The notes: a model not told the origin generated them from the sequence alone. DNA of 64,000 bases from Nitrospinales bacterium (GCA_965263085.1 OZ253582.1:1571579-1635578); one strand, 5' to 3'. Positions 37,527 to 47,426 are shown, numbered from the stretch's first letter. Translations and numbers: made by a program.

Positions 37527-38723
37527 ATGATTAAGATCCAGATATCCAAAACACTACAAGGCAAAATCCGCAAAGGGTATCCTTGGGTTTTCAAATACCA
37601 GATTCAAAACCAGACTCCCGTGGGAGAGTCAGAAAATCTGGCGGTGATTTACGACCACAACAACCGTTTTTTGGCTCTGGGCTTGTGGGACCCGTATGCT
37701 GATCTTTGTTTTAGGGTGCTGAACCTAGGAGAATCAAGAGAAATCAATGCTGGTTTTTTCATGGAGCGCCTACAGTCCGCGAAACTAATCAGAGAAGAAC
37801 TGGAACATCAGAGAACGACGGGCTATCGGGTTATCAGTGGCGAAAATGATGGGTTTCCTGGGCTTGTGCTGGACCGTTATGAGGACACCCTGGTACTGAA
37901 ACTGTATACCGCGAGCTGGTTTCCGTTTCTGGAGGAACTTCTCGAACTATTTCAGAGGGAATTCAAGAGTCGACAGATAGTTTTACGATTAGCCCGCAAC
38001 GTCAGCAAATTATTAGGCCTCAACTCAACCTACCGGGACGGACAGGCATTATACGGGGACGGGAGCTCAAGCAGGGCGCGGTTCAAGGAAAATGGGTTGA
38101 AGTTTTTGGCGGATGTTGTTGAGGGTCAGAAAACCGGCTTTTTCCTGGACCAGAGAGACAATCGGTTGAAAATTCAGGAAATGGCGAAGGATCGATCCGT
38201 ATTGAATGTTTTTAGTTATTCGGGCGGATTCTCGGTATACGCTTTGGCGGGTGGGTGCAAATCGGTGGTGGAGGTGGACTGTAATCCATTCGCGTTGGAG
38301 ACATCATTACGAAACTTAAAACTAAATTTTCCTGAAAAATTATTTTCAGCTCAAAAATTTACTCAAAAGGAGGGGGATGCCTTTCAGGTACTGGCTGAAT
38401 TAAAATCCGCGAAGCGGTTTTTTGACTTGGTAATTTTGGACCCGCCTGCGTTTGCTAGAAATAAGAAACATAAAGCACAGGCTTTAGATGCTTATGCGAG
38501 ACTGGCTAAAGCAGGCGCAGAGGTTACGTCCGGGATACTATTTGCGGCTTCTTGCTCAGCGCATGTGCCCACTACGGAGTTTTATGATGCGGTCTATCGC
38601 GGAATTGGTTTTGCGGGGAAAAAATATAAGGAAATTGCTAGAACGGGACACGCCTTGGATCATCCGGCAACATTTGACGAAGCTTCTTATCTAAAGTCGG
38701 TCTATCTAAAGATAGACCCGTAA
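37527..38723 (+). CDS. Class I SAM-dependent rRNA methyltransferase, RlmI-like (PUA-like N-domain)
   Basis: KGYPWVF, DGFPGLVLDRY, QKTGFFLDQRDNR, NVFSYSGGFSV and LDPPAF motifs. Confidence 0.82.
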   Translation: MIKIQISKTLQGKIRKGYPWVFKYQIQNQTPVGESENLAVIYDHNNRFLALGLWDPYADLCFRVLNLGESREINAGFFMERLQSAKLIREELEHQRTTGYRVISGENDGFPGLVLDRYEDTLVLKLYTASWFPFLEELLELFQREFKSRQIVLRLARNVSKLLGLNSTYRDGQALYGDGSSSRARFKENGLKFLADVVEGQKTGFFLDQRDNRLKIQEMAKDRSVLNVFSYSGGFSVYALAGGCKSVVEVDCNPFALETSLRNLKLNFPEKLFSAQKFTQKEGDAFQVLAELKSAKRFFDLVILDPPAFARNKKHKAQALDAYARLAKAGAEVTSGILFAASCSAHVPTTEFYDAVYRGIGFAGKKYKEIARTGHALDHPATFDEASYLKSVYLKIDP

Positions 38724-38866
38724 GGGTAGAAATAACAAAGGGCTGTATGGGCAGGCGACGGTGTTGGTTGGGCGCTGAAACGATATGGGTTAATACATTT
38801 AAAATTAAATTGAGAGTCTGTCTACCATGTTCAGCATCGGCTGAAAAGAAAATCAAGCCATCTTGA

Positions 38867-39085
38867 TTATCGTCTTCTAGCTTTAGCTTTTTTCTTTGTT
38901 GCTTTTTTCTTTGTTGCTTTTTTCTTTGTTGCTTTTTTCTTTGTTGCTTTTTTCTTTGTTGCTTTTTTCTTTGTTGCTTTTTTCTTTGTTGCTTTTTTCT
39001 TTGTTGCTTTTTTCTTTGTTGCTTTTTTCTTTGTTGCTTTTTTCTTTGTTGCTTTTTTCTTTGTTGCTTTTTTCTTGGCTGCCAT
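38867..39085 (-). CDS. Histone-H1-like Lys/Ala-rich repeat protein, (KKKAT)n
   Basis: ATG 39085 behind AAAGGAGA. MAAKKKAT(KKKAT)n...KKKAKARRR*. I prefer this start to the track start 39145. Confidence 0.65.
   Translation of the reverse strand: MAAKKKATKKKATKKKATKKKATKKKATKKKATKKKATKKKATKKKATKKKATKKKATKKKATKKKAKARRR
38886..39065. repeat. 12 perfect tandem copies of a 15-bp unit (GCTTTTTTCTTTGTT on the plus strand)
   Basis: Direct reading. Each 60-nt line holds exactly 4 identical units, with degenerate copies at both ends. Confidence 0.95.
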
Positions 39086-39388
39086 CAAGATCTCCTTTCT
39101 TACGTCAATCGGTATCCGTTTCAGCGCCCAAATACCTTTTTTCATTCTATGATATAAGCGTTTGATGTCAAGCAGATATTAATAAAAAAATTAATGTTTT
39201 AGAGGGAGCGTTCAGTTACTGAGAAAATTATGAATATGATATGGCAAGGCTCTGTTCTTATGTGACACGAGGAAACCCACGTGAATAAAGGGGAAAACTA
39301 CCTTATTTGGTTTTTTTAAATTTTTCCGGGTATACTGATTTTGTTTTCTGAGTGCGTTAAATGGGCTTGAAAAAAATAGTTATTTTTT

Positions 39389-40168
39389 ATGAATAATTTG
39401 CTCGAAAAGTTGCGATTTGGTCAGTTTGAGACATTTCCTGAACTGGTCCATGCTGTTAGTCCGCGTTGTTTCGAAAACGAGCGAGGTGAAATTGAGGAAT
39501 TTTATTTCCAGAGCAAGGGCGAATCTGGAAAAACAAAAGAACATGTAAGATGGTTTTTAGAATCCATAGGAATAGAAAACCGTAGCCTGTTTTTGGTCAA
39601 CCAGGTTCATGGCGACAAGATTTTTGTGCTGGATGATCATAGTATTACATGTGATGAAGTCGGAAAAATTTCCGCTGATGCCTTGCTGACTCAGATCCCT
39701 GGAAGACCTATCGGGGTTTTTACTGCGGACTGTCTTCCCATTCTGGTTTATGATCCTCGATTGAAAGTGATCGGGGCCATTCATGCTGGGAGAAGAGGGT
39801 CTGGGCAGAGCCTTACTATAAAGGTAATTAGGGAGATGGGTCGAGTGTATGGATGCTGCCCTGCAGAGTTGTTAGTGGGGTTCGGCCCCGCGATCGGGGG
39901 ATGTTGTTATGAAGTGGATGAGGACTGCGTTCAACCGTTTAAAGAATTATTTTCTGCTGAAAAGGGTTGGTTCCGGTTAGGTACATCGGGCAAATACTTT
40001 CTGGATTTAATTGCGGTGAATAAAATGGAAGGTGAAAAAGCAGGTCTTCTGCCGAAAAATATTTTTTTGATGGATCATTGTACTTTCTGTTCTAACCGAA
40101 ACCTGTATTCCTATCGACGTGAAGGAGAGACAGGAAGAATCCTTACAACCATCATGTTACGTCCATGA
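39389..40168 (+). CDS. pgeF: Peptidoglycan editing factor PgeF (YfiH/DUF152 family)
   Basis: NQVHGDKI, TADCLPILVYD, HAGRRG and CTFC...YSYRR motifs. Confidence 0.88.
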   Translation: MNNLLEKLRFGQFETFPELVHAVSPRCFENERGEIEEFYFQSKGESGKTKEHVRWFLESIGIENRSLFLVNQVHGDKIFVLDDHSITCDEVGKISADALLTQIPGRPIGVFTADCLPILVYDPRLKVIGAIHAGRRGSGQSLTIKVIREMGRVYGCCPAELLVGFGPAIGGCCYEVDEDCVQPFKELFSAEKGWFRLGTSGKYFLDLIAVNKMEGEKAGLLPKNIFLMDHCTFCSNRNLYSYRREGETGRILTTIMLRP

Positions 40169-40198
40169 AGCGTTGTTATAATTTCAAGTTTTATAATT

Positions 40199-41989
40199 AT
40201 GATCGATAAAATTAATAAAGAAAGTTTATCTACAGAGGGAGCCTTGCCTTTTCCGGCGGAGTGGGTAAAAACCCAGCCGCGCGCGGTGGAAGACATTTTG
40301 TCCGGCTTGTCGGTGGAAGAACAGGTGCGATGTATTCTTGGACTCGACCCCGGTCTGCAACAGCAACTCCTCATACTTTCAGAAAAAGCGGTCGAGGTGA
40401 CTCAGTCCTTTCCCGTGGAAGAGGTCTATAATTTGATTAAGGAAGTAGGGGCAGAGGATTCCCTTCTTGTGATATCCATGTTTTCGCCGGACCAGTTGCA
40501 ATATGTTTTTGATGTGGAATGGTGGCATGGGGACAAGTTCCGACCTAAGCGGGCTTTGGATTGGATTGTTTTGTTGGATCAATGCCAGGACCCTGAAACC
40601 CTGGAATGGTTTTTGGGAGAGGATTTCGACCAAAAGGTGGTGCTACTACAAGCCTTTTTAAAAGTCTTTAAGAAGGATGAAATGACAGATTCCTACGAAG
40701 GGGTGGAGAAACTTGAACATTTTACTCCCGATGGGGTCTATGACATTTTTTTTAAAGTTGAAAATAGCAAAGAGATCAGAAAACTTCTGCTTTTACTTCA
40801 TGAAAAGGATCAAAGCCTTTTTTATAACCTGTTGGAAGCGGTGATCTGGTATCCTGTTACTCTTACAGTGGAGAAGGCCTATAACTGGAGAGTGAACCGT
40901 ATCGCGGAGAGAGGCATCCCCGAATTTCAGGATGCGGTGGGTATATACAGCCGTTTAGACCCGGAAACTTTAAAGTTAAAACTACCGTCACTGGAAGAAC
41001 TCCCCTCAAGCCGATTCAGGCTTGCTCCTCGATATCCCCTGGCCTATTTAGATGAGACTCTTTTTTTTACCCAATGCCTTGCCATTCTGGACAGCGCCAG
41101 TCGCCTTGAAACCCTGCGCTGGGAACTGGTTTGCCTAGCCAACAAAGTCATTGTTGCTGACAGTCTGGAGCTGTCATCCATGGATATCCGCCAACGAGCC
41201 CTTAGAAAAACACTGGGGTATATAAATATAGGTTTGGAACTGGGAGCGGAAGGAGACCTGAAAAAAGGGGCAGCCTTGCTGGATCAGGTTTGGATGCAGT
41301 CGCTTTTTCAGGTGGGTTATGAACAATTAAGGCAGGTTCGGTCTCTGGCAAGTTCGTTCATTAATGAAAATGGTTCCTATATAGACCCTTTTATTTCTGC
41401 GGAGGACAAGGAAAGGCTGGGTGCTTTGGTTTTTCGGTTTCCTCAAGTCGCAGAAAAAAATCAGGATTCCTTCAGCTGGCGGGATCTGGAATCCATGAAA
41501 GATGTCGAGGGAGTGAATGACTTTTTAGCCCGATGGAAATTTTACAGCCGTTTTACCCGACAGGGATTGGAACTGAGCGAATCAACCTTTTCATCTTTAC
41601 AGGATGATAGCCCGGATACCCGGGAATCCACAAACCTGTTAACTTTGGTGACCACAGCTTTGGCGCAGTATGTTTTATTCAGCCGGTTATCCTGTGACCC
41701 GATTGCTGATGTAGCGGCAAAGAGTTTTCTGGAAATGATCTTTTTGTCGGGTATTTTCCCGGAAGAGGTAAAGCATTGCGATGAAGACCTCTTCGCGGCC
41801 TTCGAGCGGGAATTACTGAAGACTCCCATGGCCTGGACGGACTCGGATAAGGAGTATTTACGGGACTTGCTCCGTGAATGCGCTAAAAACCTGGAAGCAC
41901 AGTTTGGCAGCTTGGATCTGAGTCGTCCAATAGACTGGAAATTTACCCAAGGACTTTCCACTAGGCGTACTTCTCCGAGGCATGCGTGA
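40199..41989 (+). CDS. Large conserved-looking hypothetical protein (596 aa, probably all-alpha)
   Basis: Long uninterrupted ORF with coding-like composition. No catalytic motif, TM segment or signal peptide recognised. Confidence 0.6.
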   Translation: MIDKINKESLSTEGALPFPAEWVKTQPRAVEDILSGLSVEEQVRCILGLDPGLQQQLLILSEKAVEVTQSFPVEEVYNLIKEVGAEDSLLVISMFSPDQLQYVFDVEWWHGDKFRPKRALDWIVLLDQCQDPETLEWFLGEDFDQKVVLLQAFLKVFKKDEMTDSYEGVEKLEHFTPDGVYDIFFKVENSKEIRKLLLLLHEKDQSLFYNLLEAVIWYPVTLTVEKAYNWRVNRIAERGIPEFQDAVGIYSRLDPETLKLKLPSLEELPSSRFRLAPRYPLAYLDETLFFTQCLAILDSASRLETLRWELVCLANKVIVADSLELSSMDIRQRALRKTLGYINIGLELGAEGDLKKGAALLDQVWMQSLFQVGYEQLRQVRSLASSFINENGSYIDPFISAEDKERLGALVFRFPQVAEKNQDSFSWRDLESMKDVEGVNDFLARWKFYSRFTRQGLELSESTFSSLQDDSPDTRESTNLLTLVTTALAQYVLFSRLSCDPIADVAAKSFLEMIFLSGIFPEEVKHCDEDLFAAFERELLKTPMAWTDSDKEYLRDLLRECAKNLEAQFGSLDLSRPIDWKFTQGLSTRRTSPRHA

Positions 41990-42304
41990 TATTCTTCCTG
42001 AACCTTGGTGCTCTTCATGGGTAAAGGCTGAGGATTTTTATTTTAAATTGGGTCGAAAAAGTGTAGACTTCGCACTTCATTTGTACCCCAAACCCTTTAA
42101 TCATGGAGAGGTGAGTGGTGACCGATCCCAGAAAAGCTGTACCCCAACCCCAGAAAAAAGAACCCGCTCTTTGGGAGTCCTATGGCTCTTTTCCCGTCTG
42201 GCTATTGAAGCTGATCAGTGCGCTGACCCCAGGTTTTCTAATATCGAAGTCTCCGGCTCCCAAAAGAAAACTTCCCCAATAAACTTAACATTTTTCCATA
42301 TTTA

Positions 42305-43855
42305 ATGAAACCCATTCAGCGGGCATTGATAAGCGTATCGGATAAGACAGGTATAGTGGAGTTCGCCCTTGAACTGCAAAAATCTGGTGTTGAAATATTG
42401 TCCACTGGTGGCACGGCGGAATTGTTGCGCAAGAGCGGAGTCCCTGTGATTCAGGTATCCGACTATACCGGTTTCCCTGAAATGATGGATGGTCGGGTCA
42501 AGACGCTTCATCCCAGGGTGCATGGTGGGATTTTGGCCCGCAGGGATGTGTCGGCGCACGTCAAGGCAATGGAGGATCATGGAATCCGCCCCATCGATCT
42601 GGTGGTGATCAACTTGTATCCATTTGAGCAGATGGTGGCACGCGAGGATTGTTCTCTGGAAGATGCCATCGAGAATATTGATATTGGCGGTCCTGCGATG
42701 GTCCGGTCCGCGGCGAAGAACTTTAACGATGTGGTGGTGGTAGTGGACCCGGACGAATACGCCCCGGTTTTAGAGGAAATAAAAACGGGAGCTGTGACCC
42801 TCAAAACACGCAGGCGGCTGTGCCGGGACGCGTTTGCGCACACTGCCCGTTATGATTCATTGATATCCGCTTATTTGACTGGAAAGTGGCAAGAAGACAC
42901 CCATTTTCCACCTTTGCTGAACCAGCCGTTTGAGAAAGCGATGGAACTGCGCTACGGCGAAAACCCCCACCAGTCCGCTGCGCTATATAAAGAAAGTTCC
43001 CCATTGCCGTCGGAGATTGTTTCTGCCGAACAGCTTCAGGGGAAAGAACTCTCTTTTAATAATTTTATAGATTTGAATGCCGCTTGGGAGTTGGTCAAAG
43101 AATTTGATAAGGGGGCGGTAGTGATTATCAAGCACACCAACCCTTGTGGTGTGGCACTGGGCGAGGATCAGCTAAAAGCTTTTATAGTCGCGCGTGAAGT
43201 GGACCCGGTCTCCGCGTTTGGAGGAATCCTCGGATTCAATCACCCGGTTACTGCCCAGACCGCGGAGGAAATCGTTAAAAACTTTGTTGAGGCGGTTGTG
43301 GCGCCCGGCTTTGATCCAGAAGCTTTGAAATTGTTCGCCGCGAAAAAAAATGTACGTCTTATGCGGATGCCGGAAATGGGATCATCCTCGGATGCCGAAA
43401 AATTTGATTTGAAGTGGATTGGCGGCGGCCTCTTAGTACAAAGTCGGGACTCGCTGACCTATGTTGAGGAGCAACTCAATGTGGCTAGCGAAAGAAAACC
43501 TGATGGCCGGGAAATGGAGGATATGAAATTCGCTTGGATCGTCGCCAAGCATATTAAGTCCAATGCCATTGTTTATGCCAAAGACCAGAAAATTCTAGGT
43601 ATTGGCGCAGGGCAAATGAGCCGGGTCGATTCTGCCCGCATCGCGGTCGAGAAGGCACGCAAGCCTTTACAGGGAGCGGTCATGGCCTCGGATGCGTTTT
43701 TCCCTTTCAGGGACTCTATTGATGAAGCCGCAAAGAATGGCATCACTTCCATTATTTCCCCAGGTGGGTCTATTCGAGATGAAGAAGTTTTACAAGCGGC
43801 TAACGAGCACAAAATAGCCATGCTGTTTACTGGCACGCGCCATTTCAAACACTAA
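42305..43855 (+). CDS. purH: Bifunctional AICAR transformylase / IMP cyclohydrolase
   Basis: RALISVSDKTGIVEFA, KTLHPRVHGGIL, IDIGGPAMVRSAAKN and GGSIRD...TGTRHFKH. Confidence 0.97.
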   Translation: MKPIQRALISVSDKTGIVEFALELQKSGVEILSTGGTAELLRKSGVPVIQVSDYTGFPEMMDGRVKTLHPRVHGGILARRDVSAHVKAMEDHGIRPIDLVVINLYPFEQMVAREDCSLEDAIENIDIGGPAMVRSAAKNFNDVVVVVDPDEYAPVLEEIKTGAVTLKTRRRLCRDAFAHTARYDSLISAYLTGKWQEDTHFPPLLNQPFEKAMELRYGENPHQSAALYKESSPLPSEIVSAEQLQGKELSFNNFIDLNAAWELVKEFDKGAVVIIKHTNPCGVALGEDQLKAFIVAREVDPVSAFGGILGFNHPVTAQTAEEIVKNFVEAVVAPGFDPEALKLFAAKKNVRLMRMPEMGSSSDAEKFDLKWIGGGLLVQSRDSLTYVEEQLNVASERKPDGREMEDMKFAWIVAKHIKSNAIVYAKDQKILGIGAGQMSRVDSARIAVEKARKPLQGAVMASDAFFPFRDSIDEAAKNGITSIISPGGSIRDEEVLQAANEHKIAMLFTGTRHFKH

Positions 43856-43979
43856 GAATATCCTCGCGACTCGCGCCCCTTTAAAAGAAACCCTGACTTT
43901 TAAATACGATATTAGTTATTAGAAGTAGTGGGTATTTCCGGAAGAGAGAGCTATTTCTGTCTCGAGCCAAAAGGATTTT

Positions 43980-44516
43980 TCAGGGCTGTTCTTTTTTTGC
44001 AGGAGCAGCTTGATTCAGGTTTTCTGTTAACTGCATGATGGCGGTTGCCAACTGTTTGATCTCGGTATTGGATTTGATTTCGGGAAGCTCGGTCGTTCCC
44101 CGTTCCTCCGCGAATCTCACCAGTTTTTTTAAGGGCCTGATAATCATGCTGACGGTGTAAAATCCGGCAATAATCGAAACCAGACTTCCGGCAATGGCCA
44201 TTCCGATCATTTCATTTTTTAATTGCCTGGCACTGCGAATGACCCGGTTCTTTAACAACTCTATTTGATCGCGAGTTAATGTCTGCGTGTCCATCGTTCC
44301 AACAATCCTCTCAATCTGTCCGAGTTGGATGTAGAGAAAGAACGCCGCGTATCCCAAGCAGGAAATGACAACGATGTAACCCGTCATTAACAGATTGATG
44401 ATGCTCTTTTTTTCTCCCGGAAGTTCATCCCGGAAAATGGAATTTCGTTTCATGATCGCCTTTTTCAATGTTCGATGGAACGCGTCAAGCTTCTCCCAAA
44501 CCGCATTAAACGTCAA
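43980..44516 (-). CDS. Two-TM membrane protein with a HAMP-like segment and no output domain
   Basis: TM1 is LLMTGYIVVISCLGYAAFFLYI and TM2 is MIGMAIAGSLVSIIAGFYTV, followed by IIRPLKKLVRFAEE...IKQLATAIMQL. The start may be the internal ATG 44453. Confidence 0.55.
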   Translation of the reverse strand: MTFNAVWEKLDAFHRTLKKAIMKRNSIFRDELPGEKKSIINLLMTGYIVVISCLGYAAFFLYIQLGQIERIVGTMDTQTLTRDQIELLKNRVIRSARQLKNEMIGMAIAGSLVSIIAGFYTVSMIIRPLKKLVRFAEERGTTELPEIKSNTEIKQLATAIMQLTENLNQAAPAKKEQP

Positions 44517-44551
44517 CCCAAAACTCTCCAGTCACCAGGCGTGATAAACGA

Positions 44552-45469
44552 CTACCCGGCAGCCTTCCCTACCAATGGGCTCGGGAGTGAGTCGAAGGCT
44601 TTTTTTAATCGGCCCCAGTTAAAAGCCGACCCAGGGTCGTACTTACATTCCAGTCTGTCTGCACCTTTTTGTGTATGAGCGTGACCCAGGATACCGGAAA
44701 ATTTAGAGTAGTTTTTTAATCTATCGAGAGGGTATCGGCCAGAACTTTTGTCGAAAGGCACCCGTAGTTTGATTCTCGGCAGAAGCTGATTGACTCCGAT
44801 ACAGAGTTTGATCAGGGCTTGATACTGCTGCTCGGTAAAATCCCACATGCGGACCACTCGTCCATTGATCTTTCTGCTGAAGTATCCCCTTGTGCCGTAT
44901 GCACGCGATGGGGTGGCCTGGAATCCGGCTGTGCGGATTTTTCTGCGGTAGTCATCAGGCAGTTCCAGCACCCATTGTCCTCTTTTTTTTCGGTATTTGT
45001 CTTGCTTAGAAGGGAGATATTTGGATTCTTTAGCCAAGGCTTCCCACGAAAGGTTTGCCATCTCGATATGGATCGCCCTTTCGTTGCCTTGCCGGTCATC
45101 GGCAGGCGCGGTATTGGTTTTCCAGTACAAGTCGCAGGTCTGGTAAACAGTGCCATCCAGATCTAAATAGAAATGGCTGCCCTTGAAGGCACTTTCCGTC
45201 ATCAACTGGTGGCAGTGGTAGGAGTTGTAGCAGGCATCATAATGCAGAACAAACTGGTGAACGTGTTGCGCCAGTTCCTTGTATGCCGACTCGGGTTTCA
45301 GGATCTTATAGGACGAATCTTTTCTGGATGGCGCGTCATTGAGCCTGGGGTCATGATGGGAACAGGCAGACCGTCCTCTCTTGTTGGGGCAGACAAAACC
45401 TTCGTTCCATAAAACCACGCGGGTTCCAATATCTATTTTATGGTCGCAGGAAACGATATTTTGATTCAT
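44552..45469 (-). CDS. Amidase_2 / PGRP-like N-acetylmuramoyl-L-alanine amidase family protein (divergent)
   Basis: FVLHYDA..., SHFYLDLDGTVYQ, AIHIEMAN, FTEQQYQALIKL, GILGHAH and KYDPGSAFNW follow the amidase_2 order. No signal peptide. Confidence 0.6.
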   Translation of the reverse strand: MNQNIVSCDHKIDIGTRVVLWNEGFVCPNKRGRSACSHHDPRLNDAPSRKDSSYKILKPESAYKELAQHVHQFVLHYDACYNSYHCHQLMTESAFKGSHFYLDLDGTVYQTCDLYWKTNTAPADDRQGNERAIHIEMANLSWEALAKESKYLPSKQDKYRKKRGQWVLELPDDYRRKIRTAGFQATPSRAYGTRGYFSRKINGRVVRMWDFTEQQYQALIKLCIGVNQLLPRIKLRVPFDKSSGRYPLDRLKNYSKFSGILGHAHTQKGADRLECKYDPGSAFNWGRLKKAFDSLPSPLVGKAAG

Positions 45470-45510
45470 ATAATTGAGAGAGCTGGGTGTTTAACACCGG
45501 AGGATAAGAT

Positions 45511-46380
45511 TTAACTTTCCGCCGTACCTCCCCAATGAAGCTTTTTCCTCAGGGTTTGATAGTAGTTTTTTCTCGGAGCCTGTATCAGCTTAACCGATAT
45601 CTGCGCTTTTTCCACTGCGAGGATATCTCCGGATTTCATATCGCAACCCATTTGCCCATCAAGCGTTATTCGGACATCCTCATTTTCATGACGTTTAGCC
45701 AGCTGCACTTTGATCTTAGAAGTGTCGGGCACCACAATGGGTCTGTTTGTCAGAGTAAAAGGGCAAATCGGGCTCAACACTAAAGCCTGCATACTGGGAT
45801 GAATGATAGGTCCTCCCGCCGAGAGAGAATATGCCGTGGAACCTGTTGGTGTGGCGATGATCAATCCATCGGCTCTGTATGAGGTCATCGGTTGGTCGTT
45901 AACCCGTACGCTAAGGTTGACGATTCTGGCTATAGCGCCCTTGTTGATGACAATATCGTTTAACACATTAAAATCTTGTGTTTTGGTTTCATTGCGCCAG
46001 AGCGAGGCATTGAGCAACATGCGGTGCTCTATTTCACATTCTCCGTTTAACGCGCTTTGCAGGGTGGGGTAAAGGTCTTCGAGAGCGATTTCAGTTAAAA
46101 ACCCCAAGCTGCCGAGGTTGACCCCCAGAATAGGCACGCCATGCGAGTGGGCGATGCGGGCCACATTCAACAGGGTCCCGTCACCTCCAAGCACGATGAC
46201 TATTTCAGAGAGGCTGAGGATTTCTTCATCGGACCAGACAACCGTTTCGCCCGTCAACTCGGCGGTATTCTGGTCGATATGAAGCTCGCGACCCCGCTCC
46301 CGCAACCACCGCGCCAGATCGCTGATCACTTCCGGGTCTACCGGGGGTCTTGGTTTGCAGAATAATCCTACTTTTTTCAC
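45511..46380 (-). CDS. nadK: NAD+ kinase
   Basis: VLGGDGTLL, GVNLGSLGFL and ATPTGSTAYSLSAGGPI. Confidence 0.95.
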   Translation of the reverse strand: MKKVGLFCKPRPPVDPEVISDLARWLRERGRELHIDQNTAELTGETVVWSDEEILSLSEIVIVLGGDGTLLNVARIAHSHGVPILGVNLGSLGFLTEIALEDLYPTLQSALNGECEIEHRMLLNASLWRNETKTQDFNVLNDIVINKGAIARIVNLSVRVNDQPMTSYRADGLIIATPTGSTAYSLSAGGPIIHPSMQALVLSPICPFTLTNRPIVVPDTSKIKVQLAKRHENEDVRITLDGQMGCDMKSGDILAVEKAQISVKLIQAPRKNYYQTLRKKLHWGGTAES

Positions 46381-46538
46381 TGGCGCACCACCTTTAATAG
46401 AACTGGCAAGAGTTGTTTTCGTGTGCGATCGTTCATGATGGCTTTACGGGGTGTGGACAAGCTTTCCCGGCTTAATCGGCGTATCACCGAAGGTGTGGAG
46501 CCTGTCAACCGGGCGTGGCCCCTTCTCGCTGGGGGCGC

Positions 46539-47027
46539 TCAAAGTTTGCCGAAGTCCTCCGGTTTTATATTGTCCAGCCAGTTTTTCCACTGCTTGTCAT
46601 CATCCGTTTTGGTTTTTTGCGGATCGGGGAGGTCCAGACTTTTAGCGGCTTCAATCACTTTTTCCTCAACAAAAATGGGAGACTTAGTCCTCAGTGCCAG
46701 AGCGATGGCATCGGAGGGACGTGAATCTATGGCAAGGGTAAGGTTGCCGCATACCAGAGAAATGACAGCATAAAAGGTATTGTCTTTTAATTCATTGACA
46801 AGGATGTGATTGACTTCCGCTTTCATATTTTGGATCAGGTCCTTGAGCAAATCATGCGTCATGGGGCGTGGCGTGGAGATTTTTTCTATTTCCAAAGCAA
46901 TCGCGTTGGCTTCAAAATAACCCACCCATATGGGAAGAGCCTTGGAGCCGGTTGAATCCTTCAAAATAATGATGGGCATGTTGGTGAGCGGGTCCAACGT
47001 AAGACCCTCAACTTTCATTTCAACCAT
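46539..47027 (-). CDS. Bifunctional nuclease family protein (DUF151/BFN)
   Basis: VEGLTLDPLTNMPIIILKD...LPIWVGYFEANAIA...RPMTHDLL. Confidence 0.8.
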   Translation of the reverse strand: MVEMKVEGLTLDPLTNMPIIILKDSTGSKALPIWVGYFEANAIALEIEKISTPRPMTHDLLKDLIQNMKAEVNHILVNELKDNTFYAVISLVCGNLTLAIDSRPSDAIALALRTKSPIFVEEKVIEAAKSLDLPDPQKTKTDDDKQWKNWLDNIKPEDFGKL

Positions 47028-47177
47028 ATCCGTGCCTCGAAGAGGATTATTAGAAGTGAGTAATTTTATCAGGTTTGAGGTGAAAAATCTAAATATGTAT
47101 CTAAAAGATAGATAACCTCGTAGGACTTGTCAATGTATCGTGCGCCGGAAATGTTCCCTCCGCGATTGAGAAGAGAG

Positions 47178-47426
47178 CTACTTATTTTCTTGCTGGTTTT
47201 TATGTTCTTTCAGAAAACTTTGAAGGCTGCGGCGAACTTCATCAGGAATTTCAATTTGGTTTAAGGTATCCCGGCAAATAGTGGTTGTTGACTTATAAGT
47301 GTTCAAAAAAGCAATGCAGGGGGGGCATTCCTGAAAATGTTCCTCAAGGGATTTGCGGGTGTTCTGATCCAGCGATCCCTCAATATAATCGTACAGCAAG
47401 TCAATACACTCTTTACAGCAAATCAT
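47178..47426 (-). CDS. Soluble zinc-binding anti-sigma factor (ZAS, HxxxCxxC)
   Basis: 82 aa with CKECIDLL...EEHFQECPPC and no TM segment. Its start overlaps the sigma-gene stop by 4 nt. Confidence 0.75.
   Translation of the reverse strand: MICCKECIDLLYDYIEGSLDQNTRKSLEEHFQECPPCIAFLNTYKSTTTICRDTLNQIEIPDEVRRSLQSFLKEHKNQQENK

Noticed and set aside
38886-39065. A regular 15-bp repeat array that could look like a CRISPR at first glance
   Set aside because: The units are contiguous with no spacers and far too short. The array lies in-frame inside a Shine-Dalgarno-preceded ORF encoding (KKKAT)n. No cas genes are present in the window.
41990-42304. A ZTP (pfl) riboswitch upstream of purH, and the 107-aa track ORF 41982-42305
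   Set aside because: A GGGTCG is present at about 42050, but the following CTGGCG, the GG..ACCAC..GGG pattern and the 3' CCGCCTGGGC pseudoknot element are absent. The ORF has no Shine-Dalgarno, no recognisable motif, and odd composition. I left the region unannotated.
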